Source: Podarcis gaigeae (taxonomy: Eukaryota). From it: DNA of 64,000 nt. The stretch lies in the NCBI GenBank assembly GCA_964106915.2, contig OZ066914.1. One strand, given 5' to 3'. Position 1 is the first letter of the stretch; each line of letters opens with the position of its first letter. Below the pieces are notes generated by a model. That model made no database searches. It was not told the origin of the DNA and was given only the letters and a program-made list of their open reading frames with translations. A program made the translations under genes and the position numbers. Positions 39,105-50,591 of this stretch are shown here, one piece after another.

Positions 39105-42100
39105 TATGAGCAAACCTGAGGGTGCCCCCATGCATCCCAGTATCTCCTGTGTGTGTATGTTGTCATTTTAGCTACATCAGGACCAGCACTCAGAGAACTA
39201 GGATCACTGTTAGTATATACAGTGGTACCTCGGGTTAAGTACTTAATTCGTTCTGGAGGTCTGTTCTTAACCTGAAACTGTTCTTAACCTGAAGCACGAC
39301 TTTACCTAATGGGGCCTCCTGCCGCTGCTGCGCCGCCGCTGCACGATTTCTGTTCTCATCCTGAAGCAAAGTTCTTAACCTGAAGCACTATTTCTGGGCT
39401 AGCAGAGTCTGTAACCTGAAGCGTATGTAACCTGAAGCATATGTAACCCAAGGTTACAGTGGTGCTGGTGGTTGGAAGCAATGGTCTTCAGCTGGGTGTC
39501 CCCCCCCCCAACAACTGGCAAACAGCAAGCCCTGTCCATATATTGCATTGTGAGCTCCTTTTTAAACTGCCTTGAGTGGCAACAGAAGAATAGGGATACT
39601 TAGGTGAAAAAAGAAAAAGTCCATATAAATCAGTTAATCAGGTCACTACACAGTTTTTTCAATCATGAAACAAATCAAGGAAAATAGCTTCTGAGTTAGA
39701 TACATTATATACACAATCCAGACTGTATCTTGTTGAAATGCTGTTTTGTGACTTACCTCAAGTTGTACGTCCTCAAGTTACGCTGCCTCCTCTTTGTGGC
39801 TCGCAGTTTGACAAAAGTTCTTCCTGTTGGATCAAAGACGCACAGGACAGTGATGCAAACACTCAGAATGACGACCCAGTTGCAGACGACCATTCCTGGT
39901 AAAACAAAGAAGATTCAAATGATCAGGTCCGAAGTGTCATCTATGACTCTCTTGGCGAGTTAGCTTTGTGTTTATGGGTTGTTTTTTCTGAAGCAACACA
40001 CTCAAGCTGAATTTCACTGACCAAAGTGAAGGCATGCATCCAAAGTAACACCAGGGATCTCAAAACCAGATATTATTGAGTGAGAGAAATTATGGATAAA
40101 ACAGTAGTTAGAGATGTACTGTTGGATTTTTTTGTAAGGACTTGCACTGGTTTCCAGAGCAATTGCAAAAATCCATACAATACCTAGTCAGGCAGTAAAA
40201 CAACAGCTACTGTCCTTCCATCCATACATACTAATTGAAGTTTGTGCAATGGTTAAGTCTATCTGCAAAACATTCAGGGTGGGTACATTTATATAGGCAG
40301 AAAGTGAATTCATGCAGAAACCTTCAAATACACACCCAAAGTGACACTCTTGGCAGTAACATCATTGCAGGAGCTGTAGTACTGGGTTAACCAAACAATG
40401 CCCACAATAGCATAGATAAACTCAATCACCAGGATGGCTGAAACAATAAGAACATAGTGCACAATAGCAGCATTATTCTAATGAATACCTTGTTTCAAAG
40501 ATGTCAGAGACGACCACAGTATTTCTTGTTAGCAGTTCTCATGTATCCATTCCAATTTGTTATCTCACAAAGCAAAACCAGATTTTTGTCTAAGCTCAAT
40601 TAAACACACCCACCCCCATTTTTCAAGGAAAACTCATAAAAAGAATTACATTTAGGAGCATTTTATACGAATGCTCAAGGAAAGCACCCAAAAATTTCTC
40701 AGCAAAAAACAAATCTTTCCCTCATCCCCATTGAGCATTATAACAAATACTTTCCTAAGAATATGGACATATTTCTAGATACGTAGTACAGCAACAGGAA
40801 ATAGAGTTTTATACATAAAATCTTCCTCTGTTCCACTCCAACCACTAAAATGACAGAACAGCTGAAAGAATTGTCTTAAATGTTTTATGATGCTATGTAT
40901 TTTAGATCTGATGTCATAATATTTTTATATGTGTGCCCCAACCTGGGACCACTTAGTGAAGGTGGATTATAAATGTTGTAAATAAGTACGGTAAATATTC
41001 CCCAACCCCATTTCTCTCCTGAAATGCACCTATGATATAGTTCAATTCCTCATTGGCTTTAGCAATCTCAGGAAGGTACACATGAGTTTCATTTGATTCT
41101 GGCAAAAAAATAAATAAATTGGATGGGGTGAAAGAGGGGGAGGCAAAATGCACAAATATAAATTGTATACTAATTGACTAGACAGCAGAATCTTGGACCC
41201 TGAGATGCTGATGAATTTCTTCAAGCTTGAGCTCATACAATTCTATGGTTCTATGATTTTCCCAACCTCAGACTGCCTCAGAAAATTATCCCAGGTGTTT
41301 GTTTTTCATTTTGGGGAAAGAACTCTGAGGCTAACTGGAGAGAGCTCACCCATCCCTACTATGACTCGAAGCAGAGCACGGCAGATAACAACAACATGTT
41401 ACTATTGCAAGAAAGTAAAAGAAAAAACCCATTAAGCTACATATCTAATTTATAGGACATAATTGCTATCATACTGCATTGCTCAGTTCTCAGATATCAA
41501 AAGGTGACATTTTACACAGTCTAACAAAACCTTTCAGTGACTGGAGGTGCTACCTGTAGCATGTAATTTCAATTCCCCCCGCCCATATAATTCCTTTTAT
41601 CAATAAAAGATTGAATAAAATGCTGAAATGTTCTTTTTTGAATGTCACACTCCATTCTCAGGTAAAAACCTGTTTTCTAAGTTTTCACAACACTTCAAGC
41701 TAAACAGCTAAAGTGTGAGCAGCACAGCTGCAATAGAGATGTGTATATATTTTGGTGTAACTGTTGCAGATGTGTAACAGAAATTGATCATGATGAGCCA
41801 CACATTACCTCTCTTCAGTCCAGGAAGATTTTTTTTAAGTGATTAAAAAAAAAGATGTATTTTTGGATACTCATGTAGCCATTTAAAAAGTAGTTCAAGA
41901 AGAAAATGTGCTAGGGTCCATCTCAGCAACGCACCTCAATTCAAGAAGGGGAGGGGGGTGTCTTACTTTTTAAAAAAAATCCCCAAAATTTATTATTTAT
42001 TTATAAATTTGCCACTGTTAAGTTAGATCCAGTGGCACGACAGTGAGAAGCCACTCCTAAATGCTCCATGATCTCTACAGAAGTAACGTGAGAACCTTTT

Positions 42101-45100
42101 TCTTGTAACAAATGTGAAGCTGCAGCTCATGCTGTGGAGAAAAGCCCCATGTTTTCTTCTTCAAACTGGTGCCTCTCTTTTTTGAGGTCATCATATTTAC
42201 CTACAATCCTCAATATTTTGCTGCTACTGACCAGTAGTTTCGACACCATCAGCGATGAGAGATAGCACTCTATCCCTGTAACTGAACTTTTCAGATTTTT
42301 AAAGGGCTTTTCCTAGTTTGCTTCCCTAAAGAATGATAACATCTACTTTATATATTCACTGATTAAATATTGTAAGTAACATTAAGAAACGAAACAAAAA
42401 AGAGGTTCCAGCCCCTGCAAGGCTACCCACTAATGTTCACTGAATGGATGAATTCAAGGCATGGAAAGGAGAAAAATATGAAAACCTTTCTATGCACAGA
42501 GTTGTTTTTTCTGAATAGGGAGGGAATACCATATTTTTTGCTCTATAAGACTCACTTTTTCCCTTCTAAAAAGTAAGAGGAGATGTGTGTGCGTCTTATG
42601 GAGCGAATGCAGGCTGCACAGCTATCCCAGAAGCCAGAACAGCAAGGGGGATTGCTGCTTTCACTGCGCAGCGATCCCTCTTGCTGTTCTGGCTTCTGAG
42701 ATTCAGAATATTTGTTTTCTTGTTTTCCTCCTCCAAAAACTAGGTGCGTCTTGTGGTCTGGTGCGTCTTATAGAGCGAAAAAATACGGTAATTTAATTTC
42801 CTAATAGTGCTGCCACCCACCAACTAAGGAAAGTTATTCAGAAACTGCAAAAGCTGCTTGCAAGGTAGCATGGGATACAAGCACTTTTAAGATGAGAAAC
42901 TGAAAGCATTGTTATACAGAGAGAGCTTCTTGCACACCTTTCTAGGGTGAGTCTTGGATTTTATTTGCTTTCCTCCCCTCTCCCTCCACTTCAGCTCAGT
43001 TTTAATTTGGATTCACAAACTTATTTAAGCAAGGCTCAGAAAAGGAGTAACCATGCCTACAAAAAATTACATCCAGTGAAGAAGTAATTAAACAAGAATA
43101 GGCAGCAATGTCACAGTGTTTAGAATTGGGTTGATGCCCTTCCTGTGTGCAATGTTTTCTTATACAATTCTAATAAAAATATGTGTCTCAGACAACAAAA
43201 ATAAACACCCATCTAGAGCAGAGGAAGCCTAGTTATTTCTATATGATATGAATGGAAGGCCAGTTAAAAATGTTGTGAGTGAGCAATGCCTGTTTCTTTT
43301 TTTCTGGTAACATCTTTGAGAATCAGGATGCCTTGAGGGAGACTGTAGGGAAAGGTTATGTGTCCTTCAAAAGACAAAGCAAATTCCATGCACACGTCAT
43401 CAGTGGAAGAGATTCCTTTAAGTAGCCAGTACCTACAAAGAATATTTTGTGAGAGAGGAGGGTTATCAATGGAAACTTTTTAGGACATGTGTACAAGCAA
43501 GGGGAGAAATAAACTTATGTGCTCAAGCATGGCAGGTGGGTTTAGGTTTGGTTGTGTGCATGCTAAGCATGAATTAGATTTCTACGAAAAAAAGTATCAA
43601 GGCAGATGGAGAAAGGCAACTGTTACATGCAGTGTCGGCATTTCTGCAAGATGGCATGGTAAATGTAGTTATTACAAATGTAAAATGCTAAAAAGCAGAC
43701 AAATGAAATGATGTCTTGCGTCATTTAACAAAGTGAGGTGACAGGGATCCAAAAAATTAAACTAATCAAAAGTTTACGTAGGGTAAATTTATGAGGCGTC
43801 GTGGGGACATCTGGCAAAAATTCTATCTCTGCATTTCCCACATCCGTAGTAACTAGTTGTATAAATGGCTTTCCTTTGCTTAACATTCAGAGGATGCTTC
43901 TAGACTAAAAAACATCCTTGGTGCTACCAATGAAAGGATGAAGACAGAAATTCTGGAAAAGAGATTCTCCTCTGCAGTATGTATATTCTAAATGAGCAGA
44001 GTATTTAAATGGCTGAAAAAGAATGTGTTTTGTGTCTGCTTATCCGTATGCTGACAGGGGAATCCCTTGAGTGTATAACAGATGGTTGCATCAAGTTCAA
44101 AAATTTGTAAAATCCCTTGGTCACTGTCTCTTACCCAGTCTGACGTACAGGACATATTGCATTGAATCCCGAGGTTCTGTGTACAAGATGCTGCCACGCA
44201 TGCTGAGCCAGATGATTGCGACTTCTGCGATCATGCAGCTAAGCAGAATACCCAGGTAGCCTCTGCCGTGGTCCACCAGGTTGAGAGAGCAGGTCTCATT
44301 GGGGTTGTATGCCAGTCCAAAGAGCACCACAGAAAGGATTATGAACCTGCCACACATAAGCACATACAATATTCCCTTGATAAACCTCAAGGTACCATAT
44401 ACATGAAAAAATAGTATTCAAAGAATGTCAACAGCAATATTATGATTGCAGGTCTGTGAAAATGTCTTTTTAATGTTTCCATGAAGTGGTTAGTTTATTT
44501 TATGCGCTAAACAAATAAGTAGTTAGCTTTGAACATATTCACAACTGCATACATCTAATAAAACGAGCTTTTGCCTATCAAAGCTCATCCCATAATAAAA
44601 CAGTTATCCTCTCTAAAAGCATCCGAGCCGTTTTAACATTTTATTCACAATGTAATTATCTTGTTACTTTTAATGAAACAAATTTGACAAGAGTTTCCAG
44701 AGTCAGCCACTAAAGGAATGCTATCAGTAGTATTATATTCAGTATACACCTGGGTCTGGGTTTCTGTGATTACAGGCAAATATCACACTTAGCCAATTTC
44801 AAATGTTCCACTAATGCCATCCATTTATTTGTGGTATATGTTTAGGGATTGCTTTGATAGTAAAATGCTGCTGCTTAGCTAGTGGGGGTTTTTTTCGCCC
44901 ACATGCAGATTTCTGGATGGCATCCCAGAACACATTCTGTGTCCCTCTATAACTGAGAGAGAGAAAATTCCTTTTGACAGATCTGTCTACTTCTCCACTG
45001 TCACCAGGAGGTCTTTAAATGAGAATAGTAAAGGCGTGGACATGCTTTCAGTAGTCACTAGAGGGCAGAAGAAAATGTGGCAGGCACACGGTGCTGTAAA

Positions 45101-45830
45101 CTCTACATCAAGATTATAATGTCAATATGGTATTACTATTCTTGCCTACATAATGATTTTATTATACATGATACATGAGTATGCCCACATGACAAAGGGT
45201 AAAACAATAAGCTGTCACAACTTTCATCACTTTGCTTGCCCTCTGGGAAGATGTGTGGCAACATGTAGATTCCCCAGTACACCACTGCTGAGTTATCCAT
45301 AAAGAAACTTGTTAGTCAGAAGCAACCAAGGAACAACTGATAAGAAGCAATCACACAATATTGGTTTTACATTATAACACCTGACAACCTAACATCCTTG
45401 GTTCATTCCAGGACTGCAATACCTCAAGGACTGCCTCTTTCCATTTGAACGTACTTGGACCCTGAGATCATCTTCTGAGGCCCTTCTTCATGGGACTCCT
45501 CCTCGAGAGGTCCAGAGGGTAGCAACATGAGAACGGGACTTCTCTGCAGTGGCTCCCCGTCTGTGGAATGCTCTCCCCAGGGGCGTTTACCTAGCACCTT
45601 CATTATACACCTTTAGGCGGCAGACAAAAACGTTCCTTTTTAACTAGGCCTTTGGTTGATCTGATTTACATCCTATGTGCTTTTAAAATGGGTTTTTTGG
45701 GGGGGGGGCTATTGGGCTGTTGTTTTTATTTCTATTATGTATTTTGTGGTTTTATATCTTGATTTTATTCTGTGAACTGCCCTGAGAACTTTGGGTATAG
45801 GGCAGTAGATAAACTCTAATAAAAGAAATA

Positions 45831-45878
<48 letters not shown>

Positions 45879-46581
45879 TCCATGGGATGCCATTGTAGGG
45901 CTGTAATTGTGGCAAAAGTTTTCTATACAAAGTATTAACAGAAATGGTAAGAAGGTATGAAATACACTTTACCATGGTTTTATCAAGATAATTCAACACA
46001 GTGTGTTGCATTAAATTCTGCATTAACTTACCTTTCTAATGATGTGAATTATGGCATTAGTCTAAAAAAGACTGATGTTATGAGTCAACACTTGGGAAAT
46101 CCCACCAATTGATACCTTTACTGTATTCTTTTCAGTGCCTACTGACAACAGTCTGAGCTTTAACATGAGACGTTTAGAAAGTCTGTATGAGTTTTAAATT
46201 GTTTTGTTGTGGTTACAACTTTATGCTTTAAACAATGGTTATAAATGATTAGTGATGATTTTATTGCTTTATCTTTTTTGAAAACCACTTTGAGGATTTT
46301 TCTACAAACAAGCAGCATATACATTTTATGAAATGATTTTTTAAAAATGCAGCGTTTTGAATGACACTTTTTATAGGGGAGCAGGATGCTACCAATAACT
46401 GGAAAAAAGAGTAGCAAAACAGAACAAAAAACTGCTCATTAGTAGAGTCATGGAAGCTTTCTGCTCAGGTGTATGTTTTCACTTACCAAGTGGTATGAAG
46501 GAGAAAGAGAAAGATGGCTGGCAAAACAAGGTCATCACTGCCTACAGACCAGCGACGACGGAATACCACAATCCCTGGCAT
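20096..46581 (-). CDS. DAGLA: Diacylglycerol lipase alpha, complete spliced CDS (19 coding exons, 3093 nt, 1030 aa)
   Basis: Exons join in frame to [32 protein letters not shown]...GHSLG...GKDLVPR...HEHLPY...PPRLF...CMISAL*. This matches the recalled vertebrate DAGLA sequence: four TM helices, lipase-3 domain, long C-tail with a Homer PPxxF motif. Confidence 0.98.
21235..21413 (-). CDS. DAGLA: DAGLA exon 19 ([34 protein letters not shown]...RRNSSTK)
   Basis: 179 nt, acag acceptor, gtaagg donor. Confidence 0.96.
21744..21873 (-). CDS. DAGLA: DAGLA exon 18 ([43 protein letters not shown]); catalytic His region
   Basis: 130 nt, (C)14-ag acceptor, gtaata donor. Confidence 0.97.
22886..23082 (-). 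CDS. DAGLA: DAGLA exon 17 ([22 protein letters not shown]...[20 protein letters not shown])
   Basis: 197 nt, acag acceptor, gtgggt donor. Confidence 0.97.
23578..23798. mobile_element. Tc1/mariner(pogo)-type MITE, 221 bp
   Basis: Perfect 14-bp TIR cagttgtaccttgg/ccaaggtacaactg with TA on both sides. Confidence 0.9.
24829..25060. mobile_element. Tc1/mariner(pogo)-type MITE
   Basis: cagtcatacctc ... gaggtaccactg|TA; CpG-rich interior. Confidence 0.8.
25261..25333 (-). CDS. DAGLA: DAGLA exon 16 ([24 protein letters not shown])
   Basis: 73 nt, ctcag acceptor, gtaaga donor. Confidence 0.97.
26705..26773 (-). CDS. DAGLA: DAGLA exon 15 ([23 protein letters not shown]); catalytic Asp; GC donor
   Basis: 69 nt, ctag acceptor, donor AG|gcaagt. 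Confidence 0.96.
27570..27712 (-). CDS. DAGLA: DAGLA exon 14 ([48 protein letters not shown]); catalytic Ser in GHSLG; GC donor
   Basis: 143 nt, gtag acceptor, donor AG|gcaagt. Confidence 0.96.
28444..28970. mobile_element. Composite: pogo-type MITE (from 28444) with a second TA-targeting MITE nested at 28587
   Basis: TA|cagtggtacctc left TIR, then TA|ccgtatttttcg left TIR of the 42529 family; GC-rich interior; right ends missing. Confidence 0.7.
29449..29529 (-). CDS. DAGLA: DAGLA exon 13 ([27 protein letters not shown])
   Basis: 81 nt, ttttag acceptor, gtgagg donor. Confidence 0.97.
30710..30787 (-). CDS. DAGLA: DAGLA exon 12 ([26 protein letters not shown])
   Basis: 78 nt, ccag acceptor, gtatga donor. 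Confidence 0.97.
30958..31041 (-). CDS. DAGLA: DAGLA exon 11 ([28 protein letters not shown])
   Basis: 84 nt, ttag acceptor, gtaatg donor; lipase-3 RGT motif. Confidence 0.97.
31328..31484 (-). CDS. DAGLA: DAGLA exon 10 ([52 protein letters not shown])
   Basis: 157 nt, aag acceptor, gtaagg donor; cysteine-rich insert. Confidence 0.95.
32355..32479 (-). CDS. DAGLA: DAGLA exon 9 ([42 protein letters not shown])
   Basis: 125 nt, ccag acceptor, gtaagt donor. Confidence 0.97.
33320..33496. mobile_element. hAT MITE, 177 bp
   Basis: TIR cagtgcttttttt/aaaaaaagcactg; 8-bp TSD ggcctctc/ggcctctt. Confidence 0.88.
33636..33713 (-). CDS. DAGLA: DAGLA exon 8 ([26 protein letters not shown])
   Basis: 78 nt, tacag acceptor, gtaagt donor. 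Confidence 0.96.
34351..34485 (-). CDS. DAGLA: DAGLA exon 7 ([45 protein letters not shown])
   Basis: 135 nt, ttcag acceptor, gtgagt donor. Confidence 0.97.
34810..35152 (-). mobile_element. L2-like LINE 3' end
   Basis: Minus strand reads [15 protein letters not shown], then a 3'UTR ending in agccacccagagtggc and a simple-repeat tail. Confidence 0.7.
36855..36942 (-). CDS. DAGLA: DAGLA exon 6 ([29 protein letters not shown])
   Basis: 88 nt, aag acceptor, gtaagt donor. Confidence 0.96.
37110..38495 (-). mobile_element. DIRS-type (tyrosine-recombinase) retrotransposon 5' relic: terminal repeat plus broken gag/LAP2alpha-like ORF
   Basis: Translated fragments PFPYIF...EWAHP...[10 protein letters not shown]...[19 protein letters not shown]...FRAS...FARQFLSGW follow the recalled DIRS gag pattern; in-frame stop and frameshifts present. 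Confidence 0.6.
38041..38287. mobile_element. hAT-type MITE nested in the DIRS relic
   Basis: tagggttgccata ... tatggccaccctg; imperfect TSD caataac/cagtaac. Confidence 0.75.
38636..38659. repeat. Poly(T)24
   Basis: Homopolymer run. Confidence 0.95.
39051..39103. repeat. (TTA)n microsatellite
   Basis: About 17 perfect units. Confidence 0.95.
39220..39463. mobile_element. Tc1/mariner(pogo)-type MITE
   Basis: TA|cagtggtacctc left TIR; internal (gtaacctgaagcgtat) repeats as at 1-51; rearranged right end. Confidence 0.85.
39757..39895 (-). CDS. DAGLA: DAGLA exon 5 ([46 protein letters not shown])
   Basis: 139 nt, ccag acceptor, gtaagt donor. Confidence 0.97.
40336..40437 (-). CDS. DAGLA: DAGLA exon 4 ([35 protein letters not shown])
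   Basis: 102 nt, ttcag acceptor, gtgtgt donor, phase 1/1. Confidence 0.96.
42529..42788. mobile_element. Mariner/Tigger-type MITE, 260 bp
   Basis: TA|ccatattttttgctctataagactcac ... gtgcgtcttatagagcgaaaaaatacgg|TA. Confidence 0.88.
44135..44346 (-). CDS. DAGLA: DAGLA exon 3 ([32 protein letters not shown]...YVLYVRL)
   Basis: 212 nt, AG/GT boundaries, inside ORF 44121..44390. Confidence 0.97.
45417..45878 (+). mobile_element. L2-like LINE 3' end with (TAA)n tail (45831-45878)
   Basis: [18 protein letters not shown]...[13 protein letters not shown], then 3'UTR and microsatellite tail. Confidence 0.8.
46487..46581 (-). CDS. DAGLA: DAGLA exon 2 coding part ([32 protein letters not shown]); exon begins at 46625 with 44 nt of 5'UTR
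   Basis: GCCATG start; ttcag acceptor at 46626-46627; gtaagt donor; 95 nt; in-frame TGA upstream of the ATG. Confidence 0.96.
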
Positions 46582-49500
46582 GGCTAATGGGTCAGGGGAG
46601 GATCACCAGGCACAATGCTCACCTTCTGAAACAGAAGAACAAATAGCAATTAAGCAAGGTTTTTCCAGCCATCACAAAAATATGGCTGTTCACTTGTTCC
46701 AAGAACAGAATAGCTGTAATGATATCTCAGACAATTTCCCCACACACTTCTCACATTTGTACCCTGCCACTCTGAGTGATAGGTTAGGTAGTGATCCAGT
46801 TTTAAAGTTTAATTTCAACCCAGGGCTCCCCTTTTCAGTTGGACATTCTATCTCCTACACCATATTGGCTATCCAAGTCTCGTTTTCAACCCATGGCCAT
46901 AAGGCAAGCCAAATTCATTTTTGTGGACTGCCATAGTCTCTGATTAATGTGGCCATCCAGATTTTTTTTTAGATTCAAACTGGGCCCTCCAAAAGCTGAA
47001 AGCAGCCTCTAGGTGCATGACCCAGTGCTGCTGTATATCTGGTATGGCTGTCCTCAGTACCCACTGAAGAGGCCGTGGGGAGTGACCACATGTATGCCAC
47101 CCACAGGAGGATTTTGTGCAGGATTCTTCATTCCTTTAAAAATTACATTATTATATGAAAGGAGGGGTGCCTAGCCACAAAGTCACATGTGCATTCATGC
47201 TGCCTTTAGTAAAGGAGAGGAAGGCTAAACATTCACAATGTTGTACAATAAATGAAATGGGTTAGGTAAAAATCACTTGCAACCTAGTCTTGTTACTTTC
47301 ATCACTCCAGGACTAGAAAACAGGCCTATTTAGCAATCTTTAGAAGCCAGAGAGTCTCCCCTTCCCAACCCCCTTATAAATGTTCATATAACTACTAAAA
47401 GCTAAACACTTGCTCTTTTAAAAATGGAGGTTAGGTAGATTCTGCAGTAATTGTCAGGATGATTTCCTTATTCATGCTTTGGTGGTTTGATTGTTTGATC
47501 ATGCCCAGCAAAAATAATATTGTGGCACTTCCTTGCACATGATGAAGATGAGGCGGTCATGCCACAATAAATGTGTTACTTTTAAAGATGCTCATGGGCT
47601 TGTTGTCATTATTCTGATAAAAGGCTATTCTTCTGGAATTTATCCCTAAGGACATACAGATTCCTAAACTTTCTTGATACTGCTATTCAGAGCTACAGAT
47701 GATGCAACACCTGAATGTTTAAAAGAGGCATTAGGAGGATCAAAAGAAACACAGCTATAGATGAAGGGAGGTGAGCATTAGCTGAAAGTGGAGTAAAACC
47801 CATGCTCACTGGATTCGAATTCACAAGATTAGTGGGAATCTTATTACAGAGCTCTGTATTGGTTACTGATCTTTTCTAGATGCCTGTGGAAGCTCTAACA
47901 GGTAGCTAAGCAACTTTATTCCATATTACACGTAGGATAAAAGCAAGGGAATTTGGGGTTTGGGGACATAATATAAAGCCAGTCCTATGAACTATCATAA
48001 GGTATTCAGACTCTAAATTGCATTTGCACTTGCAAATAAGTATGGATGCTAGGTTGGCATTCCCAAACTGTTTCCCTGGCAAGAATGCTCGGACCAGTCT
48101 GCTAACCTACTTTTAGAAAATTCTGGAATTCGTATCCATATTGGCACCTTTTAATTTGTTCATTTTGGTCCAGTAAGTCCTCTGGAGAGTCAGCTGCTAC
48201 AACATGGTGCTTGTGACCCAAATTCCAGCCTGTAACACAGCCTGTCAAAACCCATGAAGTGGAGCTTCCTGAATGGGTGGGTGGCAATTTTTCTACAGAA
48301 TGATTCTTCTGAAGAAAGAGATCCACTCAATCAGGAAGCTGAAGTTTGTCATACATGACAAACATTCAAGTTTTTCTAGTTTTGACAGTGAAGTATAAGC
48401 ATACAAATGTATGTATCCCTGCATGAAAGTCAGCTCCACTGAATGAGGTAGGACTCACTTCAGAGTAAATATGTATGGTACTTGTCAAATGTTAACCTTT
48501 CAAGGTGTGATAAACAAGGTGTCATATCTTCACAGGATTGTGCATGGAAATGGATGTTGAATCACAACCAAAAAACCCACAGGACAACAGGAAGGCTTTT
48601 GATATTGGTTCTCCAAGACCAGCATATATAGTATGCCCATGATGTTATTAAAGCAGAAATTCTTACCCATATGTCTGCAAGGTGTTAGGTTATGGGATTT
48701 GCAACAGAAAGGTTAGCCACATCAGTTATAAAATGTATCAGTTTTAGCATTATGAACCAAAGCATGATGCACATAATCTAAAATCTTGCTATCAGCTATT
48801 TTTATGACTGCAATTAGACACTGAGACTTTTGAATCCATTGGCTTGGATATAAGCCTTCTACAAGTGGAAGAGCTCCTTCTGTTTATAGAAGACTTTCGA
48901 TTCAGCAGAAGATCCCATTAATGAATAGCAGGGGAGGAGATCTTCACAGATTCATGTCATACTTTTGTGGCCGTAATAACAGACTTCTCCTAGAATAGAA
49001 ATGGGAATGCATTCACAGCTGGAGGGAATCCTACAAGTAATATTTTGCCTGCAAGCACCTTGGGCTGGATATTCAAAGAGCTTCTGAGTTATATAATTCA
49101 TTTTGCCACTGGCATCAGTCATCTCAGATACCAGTGTCACACTGGAATACTAGACAAAATTCAAGAGCGTTCCTAGTCTAAATCTGAATATCAGACTGTA
49201 AGGTCCATAATTTATCCACCCAGAAACAGTAATTATGCTAACTCATTTGGCCATAAGGAGTGATTCATTTTTCTGTGGACAGCAGCTGTACAATAATTCT
49301 CTTCACCCAGCACTCTGCTCACCCAAGCAAATGTTCAAAAACTTCCTCTAGCCTGAACATCACATAAACAGAATTTTTTTTATACTTCACCCCCAGCTCC
49401 CCACAGCTTATGAAGAGATCTCCCTATACCCCTTTGTGAAACACTAGAACTGATACAACAGATTGCTCTGTGAGTCGCCCAAACCCAGCTTGCATAGCAG

Positions 49501-50537
49501 CTCCATTCAAATTCAATGTCTAAAGAGCCTATTCTCATGCCCTTGCAGCAAGTGGCAGCTGTGGTTTTCAGTCAGCCCTTGCTTGCTTCCAGGCACAGCT
49601 GCCACAGGCATACATGCCGAAGGCACGTGCTGAAGCCAGCCCAGATCATCCTTTGGCAAGTCCCCCTGAATATTTCTGGATATTTAATGGCCAGGTGCTT
49701 CTCTAGTGCTTCCTTTTCTCAGAAGCTTGTTAATGGCAACATTGCAGTCGGGGCCTATGCATATAGTCTTTCCTACTCACAAACTCTGGTGATGAATTTC
49801 AAATTAATCCCTACAATATACCGTAATTCTCAACTCCATAAGTCAAAGCATACAGCACTTGTCTATATGGCCTTTGCCCGCAGAATATGTCCTTGAAAAA
49901 CTGGTGGTTTTTGTACTGCTTCATGGGTGGAGTCACTACCCTGTTCTAAACATCCAGGTTGGTTGTACTGGTATTGAGTTTCTTTTTGAAAATGAACATC
50001 ACTTGTCCACAATGTCCTCTTCATTGTCTGAACAGGTTCCAAGAGACTATCAGGCCTAGGAGAGGTTTTGCTGCTTGAAGCATAGTTGAGGTACCTTGAA
50101 GGGTATGCCTACTAAATCTAGCAGTAGGAACTCAAGCCTTCCACATAAACCAGAGAGCCTTTCTCAGCTGAAAAATTTGCAACAGATTTGACAGCTGAAA
50201 GTGGCTCCATTTCTATTCAGGAATAAATAGCTTAGCTTCCTGATTCACACCAGTAGTACTTCCTCTGTTCTTCGTAGAACAATTTGGCAAGAGTAGGTAC
50301 AAGGAGGGGGGGATATCTCCCTGATGTCCACAGCATCTTAGTTCTCCTCAGTCCTGCCTGCCTACATCTCAATTTATAATCCATCCTGATGACTTCACCA
50401 AGCACTAATAATATAGTTTAAGAAGGACCTGAACATGATCTATAATAAGTCTCAATCAGGCCTAACATTTTTGATAATTTTGAGCTACTCCATTTCCTTA
50501 TCCTCCGGCATCTTGATTCTGTTGCTGTCCCAGGAGT

Positions 50538-50540
<3 letters not shown>

Positions 50541-50587
<47 letters not shown>
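50541..50587. repeat. (GA)23 microsatellite
   Basis: Perfect dinucleotide run. Confidence 0.95.

Positions 50588-50591
<4 letters not shown>

Noticed and set aside
46514-46936. 140-aa plus-strand ORF overlapping DAGLA exon 2
   Set aside because: Antisense shadow of the exon running into intron; no recognisable product.
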